64,000 nucleotides of DNA from Schmidtea polychroa (Eukaryota), in contig CM097885.1 in the NCBI GenBank assembly GCA_044892525.1, positions 235,414,001-235,478,000 on the forward strand. The letters are read 5' to 3'. Both the position numbers and the translations under genes were made by a program. Positions 14,986-28,455 of this stretch are shown one piece after another. The notes below the pieces were generated by a model. It saw only the letters and a program-made list of their open reading frames with translations, did not search any database and was not told the origin of the DNA. Positions within the stretch are counted from its first letter, which is position 1. Each line of letters opens with the position of its first letter.

Positions 14986-15228
14986 AATATTTAGTAAAAA
15001 ATTAATATGGTGAAAATGATTTTTTAAAATTAATATAATAATTATTAATAATAGTAGTTTGGCAGGGTTTTTATTGAAAGAATTTTGTGGTGAGAGAAAA
15101 TTTATTGACCAATCTTATAATAATATAAAATTCTTTTAATAAAAACCCTGCCAAACTACTATTATTAATAATTATTATATTAATTTTAAAAAATCATTTT
15201 CACCGTATTAATTTTTTTACTAAATATT
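14986..15228. repeat. Long near-perfect inverted repeat (foldback), arms about 103 bp, spacer about 35 bp
   Basis: 14986-15088 is the reverse complement of 15124-15228 apart from 3 substitutions and one 1-nt indel. Confidence 0.9.
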
Positions 15229-15939
15229 TAATAAGAGATATGTGTTTAGTATGTCAATCCAACAAACACTACGAAAGTGCTATCGAACGAGTACAATAAG
15301 GGATTAAAGAGTAGTATATATGCAAATGATGAAGTGTTTGTGATGGTATTGTCGTATTGCCTTATGGAAAACTAATGTGTAAAATAACATGAATGTAAAA
15401 ATTTTTAAATTTAATAAAAAATGTTTGTTTCAATTTAAAAGCTTTTGAAATTAATAAAGAGAGCTTGAAGACTATAAATCAGTAATATATCGATGTTTTT
15501 TGATACTCACGAATTTTCGGCACTGCCTTTTTAAAGTGAATTCACTATCTATTTTTAATGAATTCAATGGAAAAAATAATCAGTGGTGAAATTGGAAAAA
15601 AAGTTCTTATAATATTAAAATCTTTTAATTATTAAATTTTGAATGAGTCTTTAAAAATTAATGTATTATTTAACATGATTTTTTAGATTTCATTGTATGG
15701 AAATGAATACATTTTATTCACATATTTCATTTTAATTGTAATGTTTATTTTATGTTTGTTTATAATTATTGTTTAATGGATTTTAAATAGTAGATTTAGT
15801 TTATCTATACATATTGAAAAAAGCATACAACAAAAATTTAATATTTATCATTAAAGAAGTAAAAAATTATTGAGAATATACAATAAAATTAGATTTAAAA
15901 TGTTAGTAAAACGCTCATCAGATTCAAAAATAATTTAAG

Positions 15940-16250
15940 GATCGAGTTGATTGTGATACGTGTAAGGTATTCATGTCTCTTAAAAAAAGTGAAAACAAAT
16001 GGTTGGGGTTTGAATGGAGATGCCTTAATTATATGTGCCTACAAACAACTCTTAAGGAAGGATAGTTCTCTTGCAGATATCGCCATTCCAGGAAAAGAAT
16101 TTTTGAAGATCCTCTGTTATTGATTTAATGATCCCAAAGCGTTAAACGGGATTCATACACAAAATGTTGAAAGCTACAACAACAAATTGAAACTGAAAAT
16201 AAAAGAGATGAAAGGATTAAATGATGATACTAGAAAGATGTTTGTTTGTG
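15940..16250 (+). pseudogene. Merlin/ISXO2-like transposase fragment
   Basis: Peptide GIHTQNVESYNNKLKLKIKEMKG matches the G-x-HTQ-x-(I/V)ES motif. An upstream C-x2-C remnant is present. Confidence 0.7.
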
Positions 16251-16269
16251 AAACCGTTTACTATATATA

Positions 16270-16900
16270 TAATGGTTGAATGTGACGACACAAATAATAT
16301 ATAGTCAATAGTTCTGTTCATGTGATACAATATCCTCTGTGATCTGTAATGAATAATATGTTCATGTCCCTTGCGTCTGTATGAATTCTTTTTAGAATTT
16401 GTAAATAAGAGAATTTGGTGCTGTGGTCAACGCTATTTTCATTTCTTCGAAGGCTTTATCACAATCCTTAGACCAGATTGTTTTTTCACTAATGTTTACA
16501 TACATGCTTTGTAACGCTCTTGATTTCGTTATATATTCCATAATAAATCCCCGATAATAGTTTCATATACCTAAAATGCTTCTCAAATTTTTTATACGCT
16601 TAAGTCTCTGAAAAGATCTGATAGCCTCAATTTCACTCTGATCTGTTCAAATTCCTTGACTGTTAATTATTTATCCTAAAAACTTTACTTCGCTCTTTAA
16701 TAACTGACACTTTTCCGGGTTAATTCTTAATTTTGTTTCTATTAATTTCTCTAGAACTTTTCTGCACACCTTGTAATGTTCCTCAATTGTTTTCGTTAAA
16801 ATTAAAATATTTAAATACACCATAACTCATTCTTTCCGTAAATCGTTTAATATTTTTGTCATTAGTTTTTAGAATGTACCCGGTACCGCTGCAATGCTAA
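16270..16900 (-). pseudogene. Decayed Gypsy RT fragment
   Basis: Minus strand reads DILILTKTIEEHYKVCRKVLEKLIETKLRINPEKCQLLKSEVKFLG...LRSILG.*NYYRGFI. Confidence 0.85.
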
Positions 16901-17199
16901 AAGCAATTCTATTAAAACAAAATTGCCTTTCTTTAGTCTTTTCTTGAGATTTTGTCTAATTTTGTCTCATTTTTTCTGAAAATTTTAACTAAGCCGTGAT
17001 AGTTATTAATAATAATGCAACCATTGGTCACAAATATAATTACTTTTATTTAAAATAATTTAAAATACTTTAATATAAATTAATATAATATGATATAATT
17101 TAATAAAAATTTTAATATACAAATTTAACACCAATAGTTATTTCAACTAACTTATCACACTTATAACATTTAAACTATTTTATTTTTGAATAGAAGTTT

Positions 17200-18200
17200 T
17201 TGAATTCCTTACAGATAATATAGATTGAATGAACAAATTACACAAATTCAGTAAAAAGTGTTGATAGATTGGTAGAGTTGTTGATAAAGAATGGGTATTC
17301 AAAATAATTTTTGTTAGTGAGGATAAAAGAGACTGCTGATAAATTTATTAAGAATCCTAAGGATTCATGTTTGAAAATGTCTGGGCGTAATATGACTCAT
17401 GTGTGTAAATAACATTAATATAGCGTATCAGAAGGATGTCTAAATTTGTGTTGGTATTACCGTACTCTGAAGGTTTTACAAATTATAAGAGTAAGATAAG
17501 CAAGCAGTGGGATATTTAAATTATAAGATCTTCTCTAATTCATTTAAAGTACATGTCACAAACTCCAGTTGAATTGTGTACTGATCTCGTTTATCAATTT
17601 ACATGTAATAGATGCAATGACATATACATTGGAGAGACTTTCCATCATCTCTGCGTTTTAGTTCTTGAACATCTTCGAACGAAGAGATCAACCGATATTA
17701 ATGAGCACAATAAATGGCATACAAATAATATAGTCATGTATTTTTTTTAAATTTTAATAATTATTGGGAGCGTGTAATAAGTAAAGTTTTGTAGATAGGA
17801 TCATTGGATTCGAAAAATAAATTATCAAACTGATGTCATCAATTGTATTTTGAATGTGTTCAAGTAGTTCGTGTAGAAAATTGTGGTTATATGGATTGTT
17901 GTTGTTTTCAAATGTAATAAATTATAAAGTTAAATAACCTATTTTCTATTTAAAAATTTTTTTTTAATTTATAGATTTTTTGTTAAAATTAAAGTTATTA
18001 AATTATAAAAATTGTAATAAAATATTTTTGAAATTTTGAAATATATTTATTAAAAGTCTAAATGTATTTCATAATTGATCAGTTTAAATTAAATTAAAAA
18101 TTGTTATTTTAATTAATAAAATTTGCGTAATTTGTTTATTAAATAAAATATTTGTTTATGTCCATAGTTGTTTTTATTTTCCTGGTGATGACTGAAAGAA
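17200..18200 (+). mobile_element. Penelope-like element 3' fragment (GIY-YIG endonuclease plus AT-rich tail)
   Basis: ORF 17553-17750 contains LVYQFTCNRCNDIYIGETFHHLCVLVLEH. Confidence 0.75.
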
Positions 18201-19440
18201 TTTACAATGTGCAATCCAAGCGGCGTGGTTGTTATGCAAAATGATAATTCCATTCACTAAAATCTAGAGGTCATACAAAATTATACATATAGAAGTTTAT
18301 GTTGTAATATTATAAGTAATTTTAAACAATTTCAAGCATTTTTCCTTCAAGTTAAAGGATGATTGATTCCCTACTTTTCCCTATTTACTAGATAATTTTC
18401 GATGTTTTATATATCAATTTTTAACATTTTTAAATTTATATATTTATATTTTAAATATTTAACATTAAGCCAAAATGTCAATATCAATCAATTTTTTATT
18501 GGGACTTTTAAAAATTATTTATAAACCCTTCGAAAATCAATATTATCCCATTATAAATCGATATTTCTCAACAACCAATCAATATGTTTTTCACAGTGAA
18601 TTCTGAAAATAACATCCAGTTCCAACTTTTTTGTTTTGTTTTCATCGGAATTTCCGTGTAAATTTTTAAGTTAATTTTAAATTTGTAAAAATTAAGAAAA
18701 TTAAAATTAAATTAATAATGAGCAAAACCCCATGCTAATAACCGTGACAGTTTGCAAATATTACTCCTACAGTTTCCATGCGCAAACAATTTCTTTGGTT
18801 AAGTAACTTGCTTGATCTTTCTTTTAATTGGTTTAAAGCGAAGAAAAATTAGCATTCACTTTTTTTATTGGTCAATAGAAACTTTTCTAGCAATTTTTGC
18901 AAATTCTAATACATGAATATTTTGTTTGTCTGCATTTAAGTTTGTCATTTTTTATTAAAAATCCAATTTAGATTTTCAGCACAAACAAATAAACCAGGGT
19001 GAGGTCTTCATTAAATTAATCAATTAACTAAAGTTTATTTATATTATTAATTTGTTTTAATTCATACTGGGTCGGGTAATTTATTGATTATTGTAACAAA
19101 ATATTTGGATTCAGTTTTATGAAGTTAAAAAAAATTAAATTTGATTTTAATTAGTTTCCAATACCAGAATTAAGACGAACGAACATTTTGAATTTTTGTC
19201 CGGTTTATTTAAATTTTTGACTATAAATACATTAAAAATTGTTTCTATGAACAAAATACTAATTTTTAAATTACTTGCGCGTGACTTGAATGACGCAATA
19301 AAACTTTCGAATTGAACTTGTTTAAACTAGCACGTTTGACATAAATTTTCAACGATATTTATTTAATTTTCTTTGGGAATTGTAATTTTTATAAATTATT
19401 TTTTTGTTTTGTTTTAGTGTAAAAAAATCATTCAATTGAA

Positions 19441-19564
19441 ATGGACGATAGAACTTCATCAATGTTCGGAAATGAATCTGACGTTGAGCATGGCCAAGAC
19501 AATTCCGAAATCAACAACAATCAAACGAATTTGCAAGATTTGAATCATTCCTTGAAGAAACCAA
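19441..19564 (+). CDS. myt1: MyT1-family CCHHC zinc-finger TF, first coding exon (inferred)
   Basis: ATG at 19441 after an acceptor (ttttag, ending 19417). The GT donor at 19565 is phase 1 and joins in frame to the exon at 19947 (KKP-N-SEKNK). Confidence 0.6.
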
Positions 19565-19567
19565 GTA

Positions 19568-19633
<66 letters not shown>
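19568..19633. repeat. (ATT)n microsatellite in intron 1
   Basis: Direct reading. It explains the poly-Tyr ORF in the track. Confidence 0.95.
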
Positions 19634-19634
<1 letters not shown>

Positions 19635-19946
19635 TATCTGGAAAATCATTTTAATTTGAGGTTATGAAAAATTTCTTTATACTTTATTCTTTTACTAGTA
19701 AAAATTTTTTATGAAAAAAATTACTATAACAAATATTTAAGACATTTTATTTAAACAAAAAAAATTTACTATTATTAATTGTAAATCTCTGATAAATTTA
19801 TTAAATGAAAATGTAAGATTTCTTTTACCAGTGATGTGTGAAACTTCAGTTAATTTAAACAATCAATTTAAATTGGTCATCTTGATATATTTAATAAATT
19901 TACTGAAAAAGCACCATTATGACTTCTTTAATCGGATTATTTACAG

Positions 19947-20033
19947 ATTCTGAAAAAAATAAGCGACGAAGTGAAGAAAATAAATGTCCTACTCCTGGTT
20001 GTGATGGAGTAGGCCATGCTACCGGCTTATATT
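19947..20033 (+). CDS. myt1: MyT1-family exon, finger 1 N-half (runs into gap)
   Basis: Acceptor ttacag|. Translates SEKNKRRSEENKCPTPGCDGVGHATGLY, the canonical CPTPGCDGxGH start of a CCHHC finger. Confidence 0.9.
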
Positions 20034-20259
20034 NNNNNNNNNNNNNNNNNNNNNNNNNNNNNNNNNNNNNNNNNNNNNNNNNNNNNNNNNNNNNNNNNNN
20101 NNNNNNNNNNNNNNNNNNNNNNNNNNNNNNNNNNNNNNNNNNNNNNNNNNNNNNNNNNNNNNNNNNNNNNNNNNNNNNNNNNNNNNNNNNNNNNNNNNNN
20201 NNNNNNNNNNNNNNNNNNNNNNNNNNNNNNNNNNNNNNNNNNNNTTATCATTATTTTAG

Positions 20260-20300
20260 TCTTTCCGGCTGTCCAAGAAAAGATAAAATTTTATTTTCGG
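20260..20300 (+). CDS. myt1: MyT1-family exon, finger 1 C-half
   Basis: ttttag|T-CTT-TCC-GGC-TGT-CCA = (S)LSGCPRKDKILFS. Donor G|gtaaga, phase 1. Confidence 0.9.
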
Positions 20301-21889
20301 GTAAGATATTGTAGCAACTTAAATTAATGTTAAATTAATAGTTATTTACTTAAATTACTGGAATAACGAATTTTATATTTCAAAAATTTAACATTAAGCC
20401 AAAATGTTGATTTGTTGAAATTGTATATCACAAAAAATAATCTTGTTTTAATTGCCATAATATAAGGAAGCTTGAATTTTCCATATTTTCTAGTAATTTA
20501 TTTTAAAATCTGAATTTTAATATTTTAATTTGTTAAAATTGTATATAAAATTATAAACTTTTTATTTAAAATTTACTAAATATCTTCGGTTTATGCTAGA
20601 ATTTTAAAATATTTTTCTAAATTAATTTACCTCTAAGTGTAAAAAATGATTAAAGAAAGTCTTGTTAAAATTCTTTTCCACAATAAAAGGGCACCTCCAA
20701 TCCGAATTATGATTAGATTTGGTTGAGAACGCAGAGGCAAGGGTGAAAAAAATTGAAATTAACTGATAGTAAAATTATTTGAAAAGGTTTCACCCTTAAT
20801 TCCAAGTTGTCTCGCTATATCTTTCATGGTTTTTCAAAACTGCTTCAACATAAATAAATAAAATAAATAATAAAAAAAACTGGCAGGATTATGACCACTT
20901 TCTGATTTGTTATTAGTAAGTTAAAGGGTAAAGATCTAAAAAGCGCACACTGGTCAGAGGTATAACCAAAAGTCACAAATTTGCAAAGTTTATTCTATAA
21001 ATAAAGAAGAAATAAACTAATTAGACCTTTTCCAAATTTAAATCCGCCCTCTTAATAGATATTTGTCTTTCTAAGAAATTTCGGTAAATATCAAAATATT
21101 ATTTAGTGCATTAAAAAATTTTTAGGAGTGCAAATAAATTCAACTCAAAAAATATTCTGCAAAAAAAACTTTGACATAAAGGTTTAATGGCAAGAATCTA
21201 TTTTCGATGACAAGGAAAAGGTTAGGCCCTAACCGTTAGGGACGTATTTGACATAAGTAAGGATCAGAGAACAGACCCCAAAAAACTAAAACTATTTAAT
21301 CAGTAACTACCTATTTTATTCAATAATTTTAAAAGTAATTTTGCTATACTTGTGAAATATTCTTTAAAAATTTCTGTATTATTTTTAACTTTTAAGAGAA
21401 AACAAGTCAATAAATATTAATTTGTATATTCTATAATTGTTGTCAATCTTTTTATGTAAATTGAAATTAATGTTTTTTGATAAACTCTTGCAAGATTTAT
21501 AGACATGCAATATTTCCAAATTAAATCTGCTATAAGCAGAAAAATGTGTACAGATGCTTTTATTAGTGGCATACAGTCAGAACCATGAGACAAATACATC
21601 CGAATCTATTCACATCCATCAAAATTAGAAATTAGAACACAATTTTGATTTAATTGAGCGTTAGTATATTGACAACCGGCATGAAACCAGAAGAAATATC
21701 GTGTGTATTTGACTTACAAATTATCTGCTTATAGTAGATTCAATTTTGAAAATGTAAATATTTTATATAGTATGATCAAGACTGTTTGTAAATATCCTAT
21801 TGACTCTGAGGGGTTCGTATAATATTAAAATTATAAGTAATAATAAATATCAATATCTCAATAAAAATAATAAATATATATAAACTTTA

Positions 21890-22090
21890 AAAATTCCTTG
21901 GAATGGGAGGGATAGGAACAAAAAATCAGAATCATATAGCAAGTAATATTTCGTCTTTAGATAAAGTTCTATTGTGGAAGAAGGCAGTACACATTGGTAT
22001 TACATATGGGAAAACTTTTGATCTTAAATCCTATTGAAAATAATTGGAATATTAAAAGAAAAGATAAAAGAATCAAAGATGAACAAAAAT
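21890..22090 (+). pseudogene. Tc1-like transposase remnant
   Basis: Remnant of the SPDLNPIEN-x-W motif (D-L-[N/K]-PIENNWN), frameshifted. Confidence 0.45.
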
Positions 22091-22733
22091 AAATTATAGA
22101 TTTTTTATCATTATTTTTCATTTTAATTTAATATAATGAAATGTTTCTCCTAAACAAATTAGAAATAATGATGATTGGGTCGCATAAAAACATGTCTGCT
22201 TAAATTAAAGATCCGTTGAATGGTGATGAGTATATTATCAAGGAATTTCTCATTTCTTTAATCCTTTTAATAAAATATTTTCACATCAACCAGTATAAAT
22301 AATTTGTCAAGTCATGGATAAGTAGTTCTGAGTGCAGAAATTAATTCATAATTTGTTTATTTCAATAATTCCTTTATCTTGGTATTATTTAAAAAATTTG
22401 AATAATTTATCTCAGAAGTAGCCCAAAGAGGCTGAACTAATCGCATCGGTCAATTTACTTGCGGCTGAATAATAATGAACTTCAGATAAACCATAACTGT
22501 TGATAAGCTTCTCCATTGGGACTTAAGAGGTTAAAACTGTACATTTTCCGAGTGGATTAGAAATACCATTATAGGATTGGAAGAATGACATCAAAATTAA
22601 ATTTGACAAAATTCACTAAAGTCTGCTTTAAAAATTCTATAATAAACAAGATAGCATTTCACAATAAAATGTATTACCATTTAGTTGATTAAAACAAAAT
22701 TTATTTAAAATATTTATTTTGTTAAAAAATTAA

Positions 22734-22735
<2 letters not shown>

Positions 22736-22787
<52 letters not shown>
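22736..22787. repeat. (AAT)n microsatellite
   Basis: Direct reading of the sequence. Confidence 0.95.
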
Positions 22788-22790
<3 letters not shown>

Positions 22791-23879
22791 TTGATTATTT
22801 TTTACATAAATTTTGCTAGAACTGTCTTTAGTTGATAGCGGAAAGATTTAATGAGTATCCATTATTTTTTTGAATCACTAGAAAGATTAAATTTTTTACA
22901 AATAATACTTTGGAAATTCAAGGTCTACGCGAATCGTGTTGGATTGCGAATATGAAGTTTGGTTTCATTTGCTTATATAAATGACAAAAAGAATTGAAAA
23001 ATTATTTAGTTAATCATTTCCTTTTAAAACAGAAAAAACAATGAAAATCTTCTGTGACAAAATCCTAAAATTATCATTGTTACTCTATAATAATTCATGC
23101 TAATCTGTGTTTTTGTCTTTAAATTTCGAAGTATTATTAAACTCTTTTGTTTATTTAATTTAAAATTTAAAAAAAATAATGTAAACGTTTCTGAATTAAT
23201 ATTGTTGAAAGTGTGCAATAAAAAATGAAATATTATTTTTGAACTTGAGATTCATTTGAATATTTTTATTTAAAGTTTTTATAAGATTTTTCTCAATATG
23301 GACTCCCGGAAATTAATAGTCCCCCTATACTTTCTGATTCTTTCAGTTTCTTTCCGATGATTTTAATATTTCTGACTCATTCTGCCGAATTATATACAAC
23401 TTATTATATACCACTTTAAATATGTTTTCTTCTTTATACCCAATGCGCAAATTAATATTACCACTTGTGGGACAAAATTTTGACAAAACGTTGATTTTTC
23501 ACTCTGCTTTATTTTTTGAATGGTGCAAAGCAATTATTCTTCACCAGAATTTCTGGATCTTTAAGAATAAAAATTGCCTACTAGGGACAACGATCTAATT
23601 GGGGTAACTCGTATTCTTAATTCAAAGTGTTTTTATGAAAATAGAAATTGATACAGAATTTAACTTTACAAAATATTAAATAATAATGATAATTTTTCAT
23701 TCACATATATTTTTGCAATATATTTCGATAGTTTGGCTGTCATCATCAGCAAATAAACAACTTTAATAAAGACAATTATACTTATAGAATTATTAGCAAT
23801 TATGTAATTATATGTGAGGAATCCAATCAAATTTATTAATCCTAATAAAATGAATTAAAAATTCTCAAAATATACATGG

Positions 23880-24170
23880 TTATATACATGAATTTTGATT
23901 TTTGGGTTAAATGATTTTATTATCAAAGTCTCACATGTAATACGTCCCAAACAGTTTTTGAAACCCTTTGATAACAATTTGAAAGTATATGTCTAAATGA
24001 ACTTAATAATATTGCAAATGCATGCTGTAGAACTCGTGTACAGAGATGACAGACAATCTCTCTAATGTATGTGGCAATACCTCCATTACAAGTAAAACGA
24101 TATATGAGATCAGTGCATAGACAAAACCACCTCACATATTTATTACTGAATAAATCATGAACTTAACAAA
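23880..24170 (-). pseudogene. Penelope-like GIY-YIG fragment
   Basis: LCTDLIYRFTCNGGIATYIREIVCHLCTRVLQH, homologous to the copy at 17553. Confidence 0.75.
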
Positions 24171-24689
24171 ACTCTGAAATAATTGCAATGACTGGCATAG
24201 ATCTCATGAATATCGTATCCCAATTTTGTATAATAAATACAATAAATGTTATTTCAGAGATATGTGCATCTATTACTACTTTGATTATTTTGAAAAATAT
24301 TGTTGTATTATATTAAAACAAAAATTTGTTAAAGCAAATTTGCATTTTGAATTATATTAATGAGATATTTTCATTGTAATTGCTGTAAAAAATCTTAGAA
24401 ACTTTTCTGTCGCTTGAAGCAGTAAAGTTTTGTCTTTACATATTAACTTGTACCTGAATAAAAAAATTTACAAAAAATTTTTATAATATATTTCCTGTGA
24501 GTAGTTTTAGTGTTTCTAGGCATGATTCAAAAATGGGTTTTCAGGTATCAGAAATTTATTTCATTATCTATTGTCACTTGGTTATTATTTCAAAGGTTTT
24601 GCAAATTTTTCTTTGTCCGTTTCAGAAGATTTAAATAATTTTTTACTATTTTCTATAAATGTTGTGTAATTGTAATTTTTTATCTTTAG

Positions 24690-24765
24690 AATTAGGATTG
24701 ACATCATCCAGTTTAAAATGTCCAACTGTAGGATGTACAGGACGCGGTCATGTCAATGGTAATCG
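24690..24765 (+). CDS. myt1: MyT1-family exon, finger 2 N-half (runs into gap)
   Basis: Acceptor ctttag|, phase 1, in frame with the previous exon. Translates ELGLTSSSLKCPTVGCTGRGHVNGNR. Confidence 0.9.
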
Positions 24766-26108
24766 NNNNNNNNNNNNNNNNNNNNNNNNNNNNNNNNNNN
24801 NNNNNNNNNNNNNNNNNNNNNNNNNNNNNNNNNNNNNNNNNNNNNNNNNNNNNNNNNNNNNNNNNNNNNNNNNNNNNNNNNNNNNNNNNNNNNNNNNNNN
24901 NNNNNNNNNNNNNNNNNNNNNNNNNNNNNNNNNNNNNNNNNNNNNNNNNNNNNNNNNNNNNNNNNNNNNNNNNNNNNNNNNNNNNNNNNNNNNNNNNNNN
25001 NNNNNNNNNNNNNNNNNNNNNNNNNNNNNNNNNNNNNNNNNNNNNNNNNNNNNNNNNNNNNNNNNNNNNNNNNNNNNNNNNNNNNNNNNNNNNNNNNNNN
25101 NNNNNNNNNNNNNNNNNNNNNNNTAAAATGAATTTGATTCTGCTGATATTGTTTACAAGTATATTTAAACGGTCGAACGGTATTATTTATAAAATCATAA
25201 TAAGTACATTAAAAAATGTAATATTTTAATGAATATTCATCCAATTAATAAATTTTTGTATCTTTTACAATGAGTTGTTAACTGTAATTCATTTGTTTAT
25301 TTTATTTTCGTCAGCTTGACATAAATCTATTTAATAAATTCCAATTTTAACCAATTTGTCCATGAATGTAGAAAATGTTTATGTGGTCAATGAAAGAGAA
25401 TTTGACAAAAAATTTATAACTCATTTTATTGCTAACTTTTAATTACTAGACAAGTTTCCAATACCAGCAGACTCAGAGAGACTTTGTAACTAGTTTAGCA
25501 CAACTCTCTATCGCAGATATGTTTCATTGAAGATGATGCTGGGTTCAACAATATTGTGAAACGTAAACATTCTAAGTAATACGCAATGAAATATTTCAAT
25601 CAAACCCAGCTCTAGTTGACAAACCCACCCATTACGTTGATGATTATAACATAAAAGTCCTTGTTTCGTGTCATTCAAAATTTTGAATGGAAATATGTGA
25701 AAGAAATGTTTACTTTTCTTGGGTAAATAAAAACATGAATATTTGTTACATTATTAAGGTAGCAGTGCTAGTTCAACAATAAAATTTCAATAATATTTTT
25801 CACATGAAAACCTGAGATTAGAGAGGTCATTTTGTTATGGAGACAAGTAGCAGATAATTATTCATTGACGGAATTATNNNNNNNNNNNNNNNNNNNNNNN
25901 NNNNNNNNNNNNNNNNNNNNNNNNNNNNNNNNNNNNNNNNNNNNNNNNNNNNNNNNNNNNNNNNNNNNNNNNNNNNNNNNNNNNNNNNNNNNNNNNNNNN
26001 NNNNNNNNNNNNNNGTTGATTTTTGATTCAATAATTTATGAAATTTCGTTTTAATTAATAAAATGCCTGAATTTATTTAATTGGATTAACTTTGTTTTGA
26101 TTTGTCAG

Positions 26109-26158
26109 TTTATCTGGATGTCCAATTGCAGCGAAATGTAAATCGAGCAAAGATTCAA
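26109..26158 (+). CDS. myt1: MyT1-family exon, finger 2 C-half (runs into gap)
   Basis: ttgtcag|T-TTA-TCT-GGA-TGT-CCA-ATT-GCA-GCG = (S)LSGCPIAAKCKSSKDS, matching the MyT1 SLSGCPIAA motif. Confidence 0.9.
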
Positions 26159-26420
26159 NNNNNNNNNNNNNNNNNNNNNNNNNNNNNNNNNNNNNNNNNN
26201 NNNNNNNNNNNNNNNNNNNNNNNNNNNNNNNNNNNNNNNNNNNNNNNNNNNNNNNNNNNNNNNNNNNNNNNNNNNNNNNNNNNNNNNNNNNNNNNNAGAA
26301 AGTATCGGTTATGTCCTAGAGCTTCTTTCATAAATCGAGTTGTGTAGCACTTACTTCTTATATAACAATACTAATGAATAATAATTAATAATGATAATAA
26401 TAATATTCAATAGATATAAT

Positions 26421-26423
<3 letters not shown>

Positions 26424-26498
<75 letters not shown>
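26424..26498. repeat. (TA)n microsatellite
   Basis: Direct reading of the sequence. Confidence 0.95.
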
Positions 26499-26503
<5 letters not shown>

Positions 26504-26559
26504 ATTAGTACTTCATTACTCTCAAGTCGTTCTAACACTAAAATATATTGATGTTAGGA

Positions 26560-26990
26560 AGTAAAACCATAAAATGTTGAAACTTCTATCGTGTGAAACT
26601 GTTAATTATATGAGGATTGATTCTATGGTATCAGATGATCTAAATGGCGCAATTAATTTCCCAATTGAATTCCTTCATACATTATGTCCATCAGGAATGC
26701 CACCTCATTTATTGAAGCTGCAAGTTGATGAATTTATCATGTTGCTAAGAAATCTTAATTTGACGATTGATTATTAATAGTTTGCATCTAACGGCATTAA
26801 AACAGAAATCATAACAGGTAGTAATAAAGATCAAGAGGTTTGCATTATTCGAATTGATTTGGTGCCAAGGGGTAGAAGTATGCCATTCCAAATAAAGCGC
26901 CGTCAATTTCCGGAAATATTGTAATTTGCTATGATCATTAACAAGCCAGTCTTTTGATCATGTCGTTAATTATTTACCAAAACCCGCATT
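26560..26990 (+). pseudogene. Helitron PIF1-helicase fragment
   Basis: NFPIEFLHTLCPSGMPPHLLKLQVDEFIMLLRNL and IRIDLVP...MPFQIKRRQFP...FAMIINK. Confidence 0.85.
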
Positions 26991-27529
26991 CGGACAAATC
27001 TAAGGCTGTCGTTAAATTTTTCTTCGTTATTTTAAACCGTTTAATCAATTTTTTATAATTTCAACATTTTTATCCACGAATTTTCTATTAAAAGATTTTT
27101 GACTCCAAACTTTTTTGGGTTGGTAGTTTTAAAACAGTTACAAAAATTTTGCCACATCTTCATTTGAGAGTTTTTATATTTTTTTTTAAAAGGGATATTT
27201 CTGATATTTCCAAATAAAGGTTTTCTCAGTTATGTGATCTATAGAACAATTAGTTCATTCAAGCTGCTCCAGGCTACTCTAACATTTCCCATCTTGCCTA
27301 GATTTGGTTTTCTTAGATATTTATTTTTTCTATCATCCTGTCCAGTGACAAAGTTACTTCAACATTCAAAGAAATTTCTTTAACCAGAGAAACCTTTGGT
27401 TTTGGCTCGTCCATATTGAAATATATAATTCTTTGTTAGTTTCCCTACTGACTTGTTACACTAATTAAATAGTCTTTGTAATAAAACAATTTAAATAAAA
27501 TTTAGTTTAATTATCAGCAATAATATTAG

Positions 27530-28212
27530 ATTCAAAGTCAGCAGACAAAAAGGACTCCAATTCTTCTAATTCCATGAATCATTTATACAATTTGAGCCTC
27601 CTCAACAATCTCACAAATTCATTCAACAAACTTGATCAGTATTCATCACAATCGTATTTCTATAACAATTCTCAAGACATCCTAAATCCGAGTCCGGGAT
27701 TTAATGAAATCGTGTCTCATATCTCCAAACAGAATCTCGGTTTCAGATTTTCCGGAAATTTGTTGAATTCCAGTGCAAATCGATTGTCGAAAAATCTTAT
27801 TGATAATATAATGCATGAACAGACGAATGTCGATAAATTCAAAATAGATACCCTTATTAAACCGAACCCCCCGTCATTGTGGCAGGGGTTTAATCAATTT
27901 AAATCGGAAAAGTACGACTCTCCACTGCCGTCATTGCTAAATCATGACATGATTGGTTCACAAAAACATTCTTACTTTACGCATTTAAACAATCAAAATA
28001 AACCAAAATATAATCCAGAATTTTTATCCAAGCAGATTTCAAAGCAATTAAAATATTTTTCCTTCTTTGGAAATTGCCCGATTCCTCAGCGTCCACCTTA
28101 TTCGAATAAATATTACAATCAATTGAATTGCAGTCCCACTGTCAAATCCCATTTATCTATTTTTGAAGAAGATCTTGAAGAGCCCTTAGATCTTTCACAA
28201 ACTCAAAGATAA
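27530..28212 (+). CDS. myt1: MyT1-family terminal exon (Asn/Ser/Pro-rich, C-terminal PLDLS)
   Basis: Acceptor tattag| at 27529, open to TAA at 28212 and in frame with track ORF 27574-28212. Ends EEPLDLSQTQR. Linkage to the finger exons is inferred across a gap. Confidence 0.7.
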
Positions 28213-28455
28213 TTAATTTTAAATTCGTAAGTACTACTTATAATACCTATTATTTATTACCATTTTACAAATACTTTTACCAAAAAGCCCAAAAGTCCAA
28301 TTTTTTGAAATAGGAATAAATTTATCTCTTATTTGGATTATAACTTTAAAGTTTCAAAGTTAATGGTTAAGTTAGGTTGGTCATTTGTACAGCTATTTGC
28401 AGGACAGACCCGTATTTTAATTTATAATTATATAATCTTTTGATTAGGTGTAACT

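Noticed and set aside
19441-19659. Poly-Tyr protein in the ORF track
   Set aside because: This is read-through past the GT donor at 19565 into an (ATT)n microsatellite.
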